From IMG/VR virus record IMGVR_UViG_3300032893_000006, positions 32,001 to 96,000 of that record: 64,000 bases of DNA; one strand, given 5' to 3'. The translations under genes were made by a program, and so were the position numbers. This document shows, piece after piece, positions 35,643-44,800 of this stretch. Each line of letters starts with the position of its first letter. Position 1 is the stretch's first letter. Origin of the DNA: a virus. The notes below the pieces were generated by a model that saw only the letters and a program-made list of their open reading frames with translations, was not told the DNA's origin and searched no databases.

Positions 35643-36521
35643 ATGCCACTTCAGCAAATTCTTCCAACTTGGCTCGCTCTCAATAACGCGAACTTCACTT
35701 CGCAGAGCGGTATGCAAGACCCAGTCTCCGGCCAGCCGTACAATGCTGGCGGTTTGAATCTCGGCGACTACTTCGACGTGACGAATGACGAGGCAGCGTC
35801 GGCGTCGTATCAGTCGAACGGTATCCTTTACGAAGGCCGTTATCGTCTGGTGCAGGTTGACTCGGGAGCAACTGCTGCGAACGTGAAGACTGGCACAGTT
35901 GGTTATGTTCGCGCGGGAAGCACAGTAAAGAGCGCAGTCATTACCAACGCGGGCTCAGGCGGCACGGCTGGCAGCTACACCGTGAACGCGACGGCGGGAA
36001 GCGGTGGCGGCTCTGGAGCGCAGATCAGCGTCACTGTTGGTTCATCTGGAACAGTCACTTCCGTCTCGGTTATCAATCCGGGATACGGCTATGTGTCTGC
36101 GCCAAGCTTCAACGTGGCGACGCCGACCGGCGCAAGCGGCGCAACTGTTGCAGCGCAGCTTGGTATCTCGGTCAACGTGGTTACCAGTGGCGACGTGGCC
36201 TACAGTGGCCTGTCAAACTCGGCACTCGCAGGGATCGGCCTCGTTCGCCCAGTGGTCTTCCTGAACTCGATCACGCCGGGTAACTACGGCTTTGTTCAAG
36301 AACTGGGAACAGCGACAGTGCTTGGATCGAGCAACCTTTCCGACAAAACGATTGCAGACTACGTCGACTACGACACATCTGCAAACAACGGAACCGTGAC
36401 TACGAGAACGTCCCCAACAAACAGCCCGATTGGCAAGACGATTGGAAACGCAATCGACACGCCACAGACGTCGCTGTTGTTTAAGGCGATTCTGAACAAC
36501 GTTCCTGTCGTTCAAGAATAA
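35643..36521 (+). CDS. Capsid decoration/minor structural protein with an inserted NPGxGY beta module
   Basis: Follows the capsid gene; Gly/Ser/Thr-rich. Confidence 0.6.
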   Translation: MPLQQILPTWLALNNANFTSQSGMQDPVSGQPYNAGGLNLGDYFDVTNDEAASASYQSNGILYEGRYRLVQVDSGATAANVKTGTVGYVRAGSTVKSAVITNAGSGGTAGSYTVNATAGSGGGSGAQISVTVGSSGTVTSVSVINPGYGYVSAPSFNVATPTGASGATVAAQLGISVNVVTSGDVAYSGLSNSALAGIGLVRPVVFLNSITPGNYGFVQELGTATVLGSSNLSDKTIADYVDYDTSANNGTVTTRTSPTNSPIGKTIGNAIDTPQTSLLFKAILNNVPVVQE

Positions 36522-36527
36522 ATACCG

Positions 36528-36560
36528 CGAGAGGAGAGAAATGCTTTTTCTCTCCTCTCG
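36528..36560. other. Perfect 14-bp hairpin (CGAGAGGAGAGAAA/TTTCTCTCCTCTCG)
   Basis: Direct inspection; no downstream U-tract. Confidence 0.85.
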
Positions 36561-36574
36561 AATGCGGAGCTTCG

Positions 36575-36946
36575 ATGCAGGTGTGCAACAACATCCCGAC
36601 TATCGTCTACCAGAACTCATGGCTCAGTCAGACTTCGGCCATCGGTAGTTCTGGTAGTCCGCAAAGCTTGTATACATTCTCAAGCACCGGGCAATACAGA
36701 GTGTCAATTACACTTGAGGTTGTGTCCAGTTCCGGGTCACCAACAGTCACGCTTCACTTTTGGCCGGAGTATGCTCAGGTTGCAGGTGTGCAGGCTAATC
36801 CATCATCGCCGATGAATGACGTAAGTTCCGGAAGCAGTTTTTCTCTAGTGGCATCAAGCGGACAGATCGCTGACTTCTACACCGTGATCTCGGGCAGTGG
36901 CCTAAGCTACTACAACCTGTACATCACTATTGAGCAACTTCAGTAA
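36575..36946 (+). CDS. Stand-alone fibre-tip-like beta domain
   Basis: Similar to the C-terminus of 56945..58117 (QTxAIG, GxYRV, terminal IxEQL). Confidence 0.6.
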   Translation: MQVCNNIPTIVYQNSWLSQTSAIGSSGSPQSLYTFSSTGQYRVSITLEVVSSSGSPTVTLHFWPEYAQVAGVQANPSSPMNDVSSGSSFSLVASSGQIADFYTVISGSGLSYYNLYITIEQLQ

Positions 36947-36958
36947 GGAGTAGTAACT

Positions 36959-37309
36959 ATGCAGATTACGATGTTGACGACGCCGAGCACGAACAGTGGG
37001 CTGTACCCGGATTTTATCGGCAAGCGCAGCATGTTCGTCGGTGTCGGCACAGGACCGGCAAGTTACACTGCTGGAACGCCTGATCCAGTATCGTTGAACG
37101 TGACCCCGTTCTATATTGATGCAATGTTGAGCGGGGGAACTATGGACACGACCGGAAACTACATGGTCTTGTTCTACAACAAAACGACAGGCACTCGGCA
37201 GACGTGGTACGCACGATATTTTCACCTGAGTGCTGGAGCGTTCACAGAATACACCGGCAACCTGAGTGCGATTCTGTTTCAAGTTGGAGGCATCGGAGGA
37301 CAGTTCTAA
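36959..37309 (+). CDS. Small structural protein
   Basis: AAGGAG RBS, beta-rich composition. Confidence 0.7.
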   Translation: MQITMLTTPSTNSGLYPDFIGKRSMFVGVGTGPASYTAGTPDPVSLNVTPFYIDAMLSGGTMDTTGNYMVLFYNKTTGTRQTWYARYFHLSAGAFTEYTGNLSAILFQVGGIGGQF

Positions 37310-37340
37310 AAGCCTCCCAAACCAGTCTTCTCCCGGAGAC

Positions 37341-37381
37341 AAAAAACGCCCTCTAGCGGAGCAATCTGCGGAGGGCGTTTT
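37341..37381. terminator. Bidirectional intrinsic terminator
   Basis: AAAAAACGCCCTC...GCAA loop...GAGGGCGTTTT between convergent genes. Confidence 0.85.
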
Positions 37382-37383
37382 GA

Positions 37384-37947
37384 TTAGCGAGAAAAACTAT
37401 CATCGCTGTAGTTAGATCGAGGAAAATTTAATTGAGAGAATTCGCCAAAATATCGAAAGGCAGCGCGATCATAGGCGACCGCAGCTTCTACCTTGGATAC
37501 ATAGTGCCCGAGGTGGTGGACTTTGCCTCGGACTTTTATCATTGCTTCAAATTTCCCATTTCGGAGAAGTTGGACGCCTTTGTACCCCGTTTTATTGTTC
37601 GCGCGCTTCGCACAGTTTGCGCCATTCTGAGAAACAGTACCGGGGCGCAAGTTCTCATCTCGATTGTCAAGGCCATCGCCGTTCTTGTGATCGATGGTTG
37701 GCGAGATGAAGTCATTGGTGATGAAGCGATGCATCGTGATTCGTTTTTCTTTTCCAGCTACAGACATTTTTCGCATCGCATACCAGCCGCGTCCTTTTCG
37801 ATCAAGTTCTGCGGTCCAGTTGAACTGATTGACCAGTTCATATCGATGTGCACTGACCAACGCGTTCTTGCCTTGGGACAATGGAACGATGCGGTAGGAT
37901 GGGTCAAGCGGCTGCTCGACAACGTGTCTCACCACGGTGCGCTTCAT
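37384..37947 (-). CDS. HNH-AP2 homing endonuclease, antisense to the late operon
   Basis: IDHKNGDGLDNRDENLR, GYKGV, AAVAYDRAA..YFGEFSQLNF. Confidence 0.9.
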   Translation of the reverse strand: MKRTVVRHVVEQPLDPSYRIVPLSQGKNALVSAHRYELVNQFNWTAELDRKGRGWYAMRKMSVAGKEKRITMHRFITNDFISPTIDHKNGDGLDNRDENLRPGTVSQNGANCAKRANNKTGYKGVQLLRNGKFEAMIKVRGKVHHLGHYVSKVEAAVAYDRAAFRYFGEFSQLNFPRSNYSDDSFSR

Positions 37948-38024
37948 GATCTCTCCATCACAGAGATTGTGCGGCAGGTGGCCGCTTTAGATTCCTCTCA
38001 GTGTAGCAGACTGGAGGCAATCTA

Positions 38025-39293
38025 ATGCCGTTCCAGAACATGTATCAGGAGCTTCTCGGTGCTGTACCCGGCTCGAACTTGGGGTTGGTGAAGACCAAGA
38101 TCAATGAAGCTTTCCTGACAATTCAGAACGAGAACGTCTGGTCCTTTGAGCTTCTCACGGGAGGATGGCTCACGCCCGGACTTCTTGGCGGCACTGGCAT
38201 CAGCGGAGCGCCGGGGACGAACTTCCTGAGCCCGGGAACGATCACGGTGTCTCCGTACACGACACAGATCACTGGAGACGCGGTCGCGACCGCAGCTTGG
38301 CTTGCGACTCTGTCGACGCCTCCATTCATCACGCAATACCAGTTCCGCGTTCCCTACTACTCGCTCTACAGCGCCATCTCCCTGACGTTTGCTGGCACGC
38401 TTGCATATGTGACGGTCTTGACTCCCGGCTCCGGACAGACACCGGGCATGTATACCTTGAACGGGACTGGAGGATCGGGAACCGGCGCGCAGATCATCGT
38501 GACGGTCGACTCGAACGGCGAAGTGACCACTCCTCCTCTTGTGACCAACCAAGGCAGTGGATACGCGCCGGGTGGAGTTGCGAATCCACCGAGCTTCACG
38601 CTCGCCGCAGGCGGCACACCAGCAACGTTCTCGGCCACCTTGAACGCGATCATCACCACCGACAGGCCGTGGATGGAGCCAGCACAGGTCAACGCAGGCT
38701 ACATGGCTTATCAGGCGTACTTCGCTGCTCCTCCGGGATTCAAGCGCTGGTACAACATCCGCGACACCACCAACAACAACTACATGGATTGGTGGACCAA
38801 GACCCAAGAGGACTTATCCGATGAGGATGCCGAGAGAACGTTCTTCGATGAGCCCCTTTATGTAGTTCCGTACCAGCAAGACACGAGGCCGGGATCGCCG
38901 ACGTATGGACAGATGCTGTTCGAGCTTTGGCCGCACCCGATCACACAGCTTCCGTATACGTTCGGATGTGAGTGTAATTGGCCGCAACTCACAAATCCGA
39001 CCGACATTGTTCCGTACCCTCTGACAGAAGAGGTCGTCAAGCTCAGAGCTTACGAGATGATGTCACTCTGGAAGGAATCGCAGAAGGGTGACGATATGGA
39101 GCGAGGCGCTGGTGCCGATTGGAAGTTCTTGGTAGGAGCCTACCGGGCGGAGTACGCCAATCGGCTAAAGCAATGCAGGAATATGGACAGACACCTCGTA
39201 GACCTGTACTTCACAAAGATGAAGCGGTTGCCCGCGACACAGGGCGATCCGTATGCCACCATCTCCGGAACTTTGAATGTGGGGTCAATGTAA
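38025..39293 (+). CDS. Head-tail adaptor/tail tubular-like structural protein with an NQGSGY insert
   Basis: Position and adaptor-like helical ends; function inferred. Confidence 0.55.
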   Translation: MPFQNMYQELLGAVPGSNLGLVKTKINEAFLTIQNENVWSFELLTGGWLTPGLLGGTGISGAPGTNFLSPGTITVSPYTTQITGDAVATAAWLATLSTPPFITQYQFRVPYYSLYSAISLTFAGTLAYVTVLTPGSGQTPGMYTLNGTGGSGTGAQIIVTVDSNGEVTTPPLVTNQGSGYAPGGVANPPSFTLAAGGTPATFSATLNAIITTDRPWMEPAQVNAGYMAYQAYFAAPPGFKRWYNIRDTTNNNYMDWWTKTQEDLSDEDAERTFFDEPLYVVPYQQDTRPGSPTYGQMLFELWPHPITQLPYTFGCECNWPQLTNPTDIVPYPLTEEVVKLRAYEMMSLWKESQKGDDMERGAGADWKFLVGAYRAEYANRLKQCRNMDRHLVDLYFTKMKRLPATQGDPYATISGTLNVGSM

Positions 39294-39827
39294 GGGATGC
39301 TTATGACGCGCAGAAAAAGCAAACTCGCCAAAATATTTCCGCTCTGCCTTGCGACGAGCAACAGTGGCGAGTTGAATCGTATCGTAAAGGCCGAGATCAA
39401 TTTCCTTTTGGTTAACAACGATTCTAGCTCTCCATTTTCTGCTTCGCTTGAACCAACATACGCCGGTAACGCCAGAGGTGTTGTTTGCGGCAGGCTTCTT
39501 GTTCGCATGGTTTTGCGCGTGCGTGCATTCTCTAAGATTCTTTCTTCTACAATTGAGAGAATTTCCATCCCAATGATCGACCTCGCATTGGGGTTCGCCG
39601 CATATTTGGCGATGCAGGTAGACAGTGCGTGGCTCGCCTTCTCTTCCACGTCGCGCTGCATAGAAGCTTTTTGTGAATCGGCTATATTCAGCGTACCAGT
39701 TCCATTGTATTGCCCATTTGTAATCACGAGCGTCAACGATAGCGCACTGGCCTCTAGTCAGAGCAATCAAACGCACAGATTTTTCGGACGGTTGAACAAC
39801 TGTTTGTCGCTGTTTAGGGTTTGCCAC
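39285..39827 (-). CDS. HNH-AP2 homing endonuclease, antisense to the late operon
   Basis: VDHWDGNSLNCRRKNLR, NTSGVTGVCW..KWRARI..YFGEFA. Confidence 0.9.
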   Translation of the reverse strand: MANPKQRQTVVQPSEKSVRLIALTRGQCAIVDARDYKWAIQWNWYAEYSRFTKSFYAARRGREGEPRTVYLHRQICGEPQCEVDHWDGNSLNCRRKNLRECTHAQNHANKKPAANNTSGVTGVCWFKRSRKWRARIVVNQKEIDLGLYDTIQLATVARRKAERKYFGEFAFSARHKHPLH

Positions 39828-39865
39828 ACAGAAATTTTATCAGTTGATTTTGAGGGAGTATAAAA

Positions 39866-40246
39866 ATGAGCGGTTACGCAGGAGATGGACAAGCCAAACT
39901 TCTCAACGTCACCCAACAGGGATACTTTTGGGCGAGCGAAACAGTGACAGTTGGCGAGCTAAGCATTGGTTTCGAATTGAGCCGCACGACTTCGATGTAC
40001 TATCCGTGGGGATTCGCTGTTGAGGTTCAGTTCTCGGGAAACCCCGGAACATTCGAAATCGACATCATGGGCGCGGAAACAGACGCCAAAAATAACTATG
40101 TCAAGCTTGGAAGCATCACGGCGACGAACGCGACATTCGTCGGGCGCTTCGAAGGACTGACATACTATCCACGCTATGTGGCCCTTTACGTCACATCGCT
40201 AGGAAACGCCGGGACGGTGAGCGTGAGCGGAAAGGTAACAAGGTAA
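39866..40246 (+). CDS. Small structural protein, tandem paralog 1
   Basis: Similar along its length to 40250..40642. Confidence 0.8.
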   Translation: MSGYAGDGQAKLLNVTQQGYFWASETVTVGELSIGFELSRTTSMYYPWGFAVEVQFSGNPGTFEIDIMGAETDAKNNYVKLGSITATNATFVGRFEGLTYYPRYVALYVTSLGNAGTVSVSGKVTR

Positions 40247-40249
40247 AGT

Positions 40250-40642
40250 ATGCCCGGCTATGCTGGAAACGGACAATCGAAGCTTCTGCAGATGAACGAG
40301 CAGAGGAACCTTTGGGCAAATGAAAATGTTGCCGAAGGTGAACTTAGCGTAGCCTTTCAGATTAGCCGCGTTACCAGCACATACTACCCATGGGGACTGT
40401 CATTTGAAGTGATCTTTTCTGGTGATCCGGGTGCATTCGAGATCGACATTATGGGAGCAAACAGCGACAATAATTTTTCCTATGTGCAGATCGGAAGCAT
40501 CACGGATGCAAGCGGAAGCATTGTTGCGGGCCAATTTGTCGGAAGATGGGATATGCCGTCAAATATTTGGCCAAAATTTATTGCGGCCTACATGAAGACA
40601 ATTACCAACGCCGTAAAAGTAAATCTTGAGGTTACTCGATGA
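40250..40642 (+). CDS. Small structural protein, tandem paralog 2
   Basis: GYAGxGQxKLL..GELS..YYPWG..FSGxPGxFEIDIMGA shared with paralog 1. Confidence 0.8.
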   Translation: MPGYAGNGQSKLLQMNEQRNLWANENVAEGELSVAFQISRVTSTYYPWGLSFEVIFSGDPGAFEIDIMGANSDNNFSYVQIGSITDASGSIVAGQFVGRWDMPSNIWPKFIAAYMKTITNAVKVNLEVTR

Positions 40643-41817
40643 AGAGGGCACTACTTTTCGCGATAATCGGCGTTGCGATGCCGGTGTTGGCTCAAAAGTA
40701 TCCTCCTGTCTTACTACTGGATGGAGCGGGAAATCCCTACCCATTCGGAAACGGCGCACAACTTCATTCAAACCCTCCAATCATGGAGTGCTATACAAAT
40801 GCGACGGGGATCGTTCAACCATGCAATTTTAGCGGTGGAGGTGGAGGAAATCCGGGCGGTTCAAATGGCGATATTCAATACAACAATAACGGAACATTCG
40901 GAGGTTCCGCAGCGACAATAACAGCAGGCGGCTCAATCACTATTCCCTCAGGGCAGTCGATAAACCTATCCAGTCAAGGCCCGGGAGTTCTCTTTGGAGG
41001 TACGCCGACATTCTTTCCCACGTACCCTGTGATCTCTGATGAAGAATATTCGCCGTCAAGCGTAGGCTCTTCGACTCAGCCTGTGTTTTTTGGCAAAGTT
41101 TTTACATTTACACCATCATGGACCAGTAGCAGCACAATTGTGGAATTGATAGGAGATTTTGGATTTACAACGTCCCAATCGACAGATAGCACAAGTTATT
41201 CAGTCATACAGCATTCTGAAATCGGTGCGGTGGCCGGGGGATCGGGTTTGATTGATTCGGTGATCGGAGGAGAATTTTCAGCAGTAAATCAAGGAACTGG
41301 GTCTGTAACTCAAGGTCAAGGGCTCATCGCCGATTGCCATAATCTTGGTCTTGGAACTGTTACTGAATGCGCGTCTATCGACGTCAATGAAGGGGGAAAC
41401 GCTCCCCCGGATACCGGACCGGTCACCACGGCAATTGGCGTTAAAATCGATGGCATTTTAGAGGGCTCCACAAACTATGACATTTGGGCGACTGATGCTT
41501 CGGCGTTGAATCGCTTTGATGGTCTGGTAATGTTTCCGATCACCGAATCAATCGGAACGCAAACGATATCTGGATGTTCGTTGACTTCTGCGGCTGGAGG
41601 TGCATCTACAGGTTCTTTTCATTCCGGAACCAACGGTACTTGCACCGTCACTATCACACCCGGCATAACTGCTGCTCATGGATTCTACTGCGCAGCACAG
41701 GATACGACAACCGTCGCCGACACCTTGCACCAGACCGCAACAGGAGCAACATCTTGTATAGTGTCTGGAACTACAGCTTCTGGCGATGTAATCACATGGA
41801 CTGCAGCGGCGTTTTAA
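40639..41817 (+). CDS. Secreted fibre/adhesin-like protein with a Sec signal peptide
   Basis: MKR + hydrophobic core + VLA/Q; 8 Cys in the mature part; Gly/Thr/Ser-rich. Confidence 0.7.
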   Translation: MKRALLFAIIGVAMPVLAQKYPPVLLLDGAGNPYPFGNGAQLHSNPPIMECYTNATGIVQPCNFSGGGGGNPGGSNGDIQYNNNGTFGGSAATITAGGSITIPSGQSINLSSQGPGVLFGGTPTFFPTYPVISDEEYSPSSVGSSTQPVFFGKVFTFTPSWTSSSTIVELIGDFGFTTSQSTDSTSYSVIQHSEIGAVAGGSGLIDSVIGGEFSAVNQGTGSVTQGQGLIADCHNLGLGTVTECASIDVNEGGNAPPDTGPVTTAIGVKIDGILEGSTNYDIWATDASALNRFDGLVMFPITESIGTQTISGCSLTSAAGGASTGSFHSGTNGTCTVTITPGITAAHGFYCAAQDTTTVADTLHQTATGATSCIVSGTTASGDVITWTAAAF

Positions 41818-41818
41818 T

Positions 41819-44800
41819 ATGAAGAGAATATTCACAGCATTGGCATTCTTTTGTTGTGCAATGACGGGGCTCGCGCAAAACGGAGCAGTGCAGCGGTACT
41901 GCGACTTCGGAGCCAGTCAGGCAATTGTTTCCGGCCTGAGAAGCTCGAACTATCAGCAGGGCGACATCCCCCAGTGCACGGTGACAGTCTATTTGACCGG
42001 AACAACAACGCTGGCCCCGATCTATACAGCAAGCACTTCTACTGCGACGGTTGGCTCGATATCGGTCACTGCAGGTGGCACCTATTCTGTATGCCCAACC
42101 GGTATCAGCTTGAGCGGCGGAGGCGGAACAGGAGCGGCTGCGACACCGTCTTGCACGGGGACTGCAGTCACTTCGGTTGCGGTAACGAATCCCGGTTCTG
42201 GATATACGAGCGCACCCACAATTTCTTTTACCGGTGGGACCGGAAGCGGAGCCACTGCGACTGCAAACATGACTGGCAATTTGACCAATCCATTTGTGGC
42301 TAATGCAGACGGTTCTTACCTTTTTTACGCTCTTCAAAACCAAGGTCTTGACGTTCAATTGAGCGGCGGTATTTTTCCGAATACATACCCAACTCCGAAC
42401 ACGCTGGTAGACGTATTTCCAAACCAGAGCTTCTCCCCTGTCAGTGGTGTCACTCAATTGAGTGCAACTGGACCAATCGAGGTAAATGGCGGTTCTGGCC
42501 CGGTCACAGGCTCAGTGCTGATCTCCTGCCCTTCATGCGGCTCCGGTTCTACAACCAATGCACTGACGATGAATAATTCTGGATCAGGCGCGTCATCCGG
42601 CTCGACCTTCAATGGCTCCTCGGCGATCACACTGAGCTATAACACGCTCGGTGCTGCTCCGACCGCGAGCCCGATATTTACGGGAATCGTTGATGCGAGT
42701 GGGGCCACTCAATTTAAACTACCCGTTGCTGCTGGTTATACATCCGCAGCGAATGGAGAAATTGGGTACGACTCGACCAACAAGAATTTTCACGCTTGGG
42801 TGAACGGAGCGGACACGTTGCTAATTCCGCTCGCATCTGGCTTTACAAGCGGACACTGTGGTCAGCCGACAAGCTCGGGCGGATCATGGACGATTGTAGA
42901 CGCAGGTGCCGCGTGCGGGACCGGTTCGGGAGGAGTTACGAGCCTAAACTCATTAACCGGAGGTATAAACTTAACATCGACCAGCAGCACGATAACAATT
43001 ACACCGGGAAGCTCAACAATTGACTTGGAGACCAGTGGAGGAGGCGGAGGAGGTTTACCCTCAAACGCGCTCTTCATTTGCGCGGGCGATTCGATGTGCG
43101 ACGATGATAACCATGTCCTTTCGCCTGCAATAGCTATTGCCTCATTTACTGTTTCTGGATCGACGGTGACTGTAAACACGAGTGCGGCGCATGGCCTTAC
43201 ATCTGGCAACTGGGTTTCAATGAGAGCGGCAACTGGTTGGCCTCAAAACGTGAGTCCGATGGGCCTTGGAACAGGACTCACTATATTTCAGGCAACGGTG
43301 ACGAGTTCTACCCAGTTCACATTGAACGTTGGAAGCCGTTCTGTTTCGCCCTGTTCGTCTTCCTGCGGGAATGCATACTCGGCAATGCCGTATGTCGAAT
43401 TTGCTAAATCGGCTAATCCCCTGTTTCCTTCAGGCGCTTTAACAAACACTGCGACCTGTATGGATACCGGATATCGTCTTCAAACTCTAGCTTCCGATTT
43501 TTCCGGTCTTATTAGTGCATGTGTCGGATCGACCACAGGTAAAGTACCGTACGTCACACTTACCAACGCGAACGATGACGTAGCTCTCTGCGAAACCGCT
43601 GCACAGATCGAGGGATATTACCAGACCATCTTTTCCGCTATCCACGCCATTAATGGGTTTGCCAGCGCTATGACTGCCACAGGAGCGAACTGGGCTACGA
43701 ACACGTTGGGATGCTCAACGCACGTCTGGGATATACAAGAGCAAGTAGACCTTTGGCTACGTCAGCAGTCTAAACAGGAAGTTCAGGCTACAAGTCCGGG
43801 GTCGACCGCCTATTGGGATGCACTGGAAGATATTGGTCCGGACTTAACTGACGCAAACAATACGGCGTTGATCGCAACCAACACCGGTTTTGGTCCGGAA
43901 GGAGCGGCGCGAGCAGCCCAGATTGGATCGCAGTCTCTTCTCGTAGGTAATGGAACGTCCGAGCCACGTAATACTTTGTGGTTTAGAGCCATCAACAGTA
44001 ACGCAGCAGCAGGCATTAACAGCTTGAGCTATGTTCCACGCAACGGCACCACGAATTATCTCTATCAGTGGTTTAATTCATCTTCATCTCTCGTGGCGTC
44101 GCTGACAGATTCGGGCATATTTTCGCCTACATATCTCAACGTGGGGTCCAACGGATTGAGCGGATGCCCGGGCGGTAGGCCGTTTTGTATAGGCACCGGC
44201 TTCAATATTGATTCCAGCAATGTGCTTTATGTGGTTCATGGGATCAACGCTGATTCCGGAGGAAGCTCTAGTAAATATTGGGCTACAGATGGAAGCGTGC
44301 AATCGGTCCCATCCGGAGGCTTCCCGATCACCATAGGTTCCACATCGATTGCATCTGGCAGCACTACGACTACAATTGCAGGTCTCACGCTTTCCAGTCC
44401 TGCATTTACAGGAACTGCGGATGCGAGTGGGTCCACTCAATTTAAACTACCCGTTGCTGCTGGTTATACATCCGCAGCGAATGGAGAAATTGGGTACGAC
44501 TCGACCAACAAGAATTTTCACGCTTGGGTGAACGGAGCGGACACGTTGCTAATTCCGCTCGCATCTGGCTTTACAAGCGGTCACTGTGGTCAGCCAACAA
44601 GTTCAGGTGGATCGTGGACTATTGTTGACGCTGGCGGGGCTTGCGGAACCAGTGGCGGCGGAGCAGCGTGGTCAGCGCTTACCAGTGGAACCAATACGAG
44701 CATGTCGGCGGTGATGGGTTCTGGTTCTAGCCTTGGCTATACCGGAACCGGGGCTATTAACGCTTCAGCAGTTGACGGTGTAACAGTTACCGGAACTCCG

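Noticed and set aside
37384-39827. Group I introns around the antisense HNH genes
   Set aside because: Flanking ORFs look complete with their own starts and stops, and I found no P7 core motifs; they are treated as free-standing.
42692-44645. Diversity-generating retroelement TR/VR pair
   Set aside because: The core is identical with no adenine-specific mismatches, both copies lie in one ORF, and no reverse transcriptase is present.
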